Positions 63,997-64,000 of a stretch of DNA of 64,000 bases are shown one piece after another; position 1 is the stretch's first letter; each line of letters opens with the position of its first letter. Location: the NCBI GenBank assembly GCA_964530995.1, contig CAZHCG010000002.1:23558-87557 (forward strand), in the 5' to 3' direction. This DNA comes from an uncultured Myxococcales bacterium (lineage in GTDB: Bacteria; Myxococcota_A; Polyangia; JAAYKL01). The notes under the pieces are model-generated. The model did not search any database. It was not told where the DNA came from and saw nothing but the letters and a program-made list of their open reading frames with translations. A program made the translations under genes and the position numbers.

Positions 63997-64000
63997 CAGC

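Overview
This is a 64 kb high-GC (about 70%) bacterial chromosomal segment. Codon usage is typical of the genome, except in the two polypurine tails of the 989-aa gene (AGA/AAA codons). A Myxococcota-like origin is inferred from the DTD/DSD-repeat lipoproteins, PKD/beta-helix surface proteins and acidic OMPs. Core genes are recO, mgtE, a metal ABC uptake operon (OMP-ZnuA-ZnuB), add, an M20 peptidase, tRNA-Leu(GAG), plsC-fabZ, a NusG paralog and comEC. Downstream of the accessory segment come lspA-ileS, a giant PKD-repeat lipoprotein, moeA, ftsY, two tandem OMPs, a J-domain response regulator, an N6-type methyltransferase, lipoproteins, class II FBA, nadE, a tetraheme cytochrome lipoprotein, nagZ-hflX, a beta-helix lipoprotein, a GH18 enzyme, def-pilD, and groESL with CIRCE. 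The accessory segment lies between comEC and lspA (about 18.7-27.9 kb), all on the + strand. It holds three intact toxin-antitoxin pairs (MazEF, MNT-HepT, RHH-VapC), an orphan VapB-like antitoxin and a TA graveyard (RelE fragment, vapC with a premature stop). Its centre is a tightly coupled cassette: a 989-aa helical protein with polybasic tails encoded by polypurine tracts, a J-like protein lacking HPD, a divergent GrpE-like factor, a complete Hsp70 paralog and a zinc-ribbon protein. I consider this non-canonical Hsp70 module, embedded in a TA/defence-type island, the most interesting candidate system. Several gene remnants (response-regulator receiver, RelE, vapC, hrpB 5' end) and a 37-bp imperfect direct repeat flanking a TA module point to local rearrangement. 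No CRISPR array, transposase or integrase was seen. All coordinates derived by hand from the sequence may be off by 1-3 nt.
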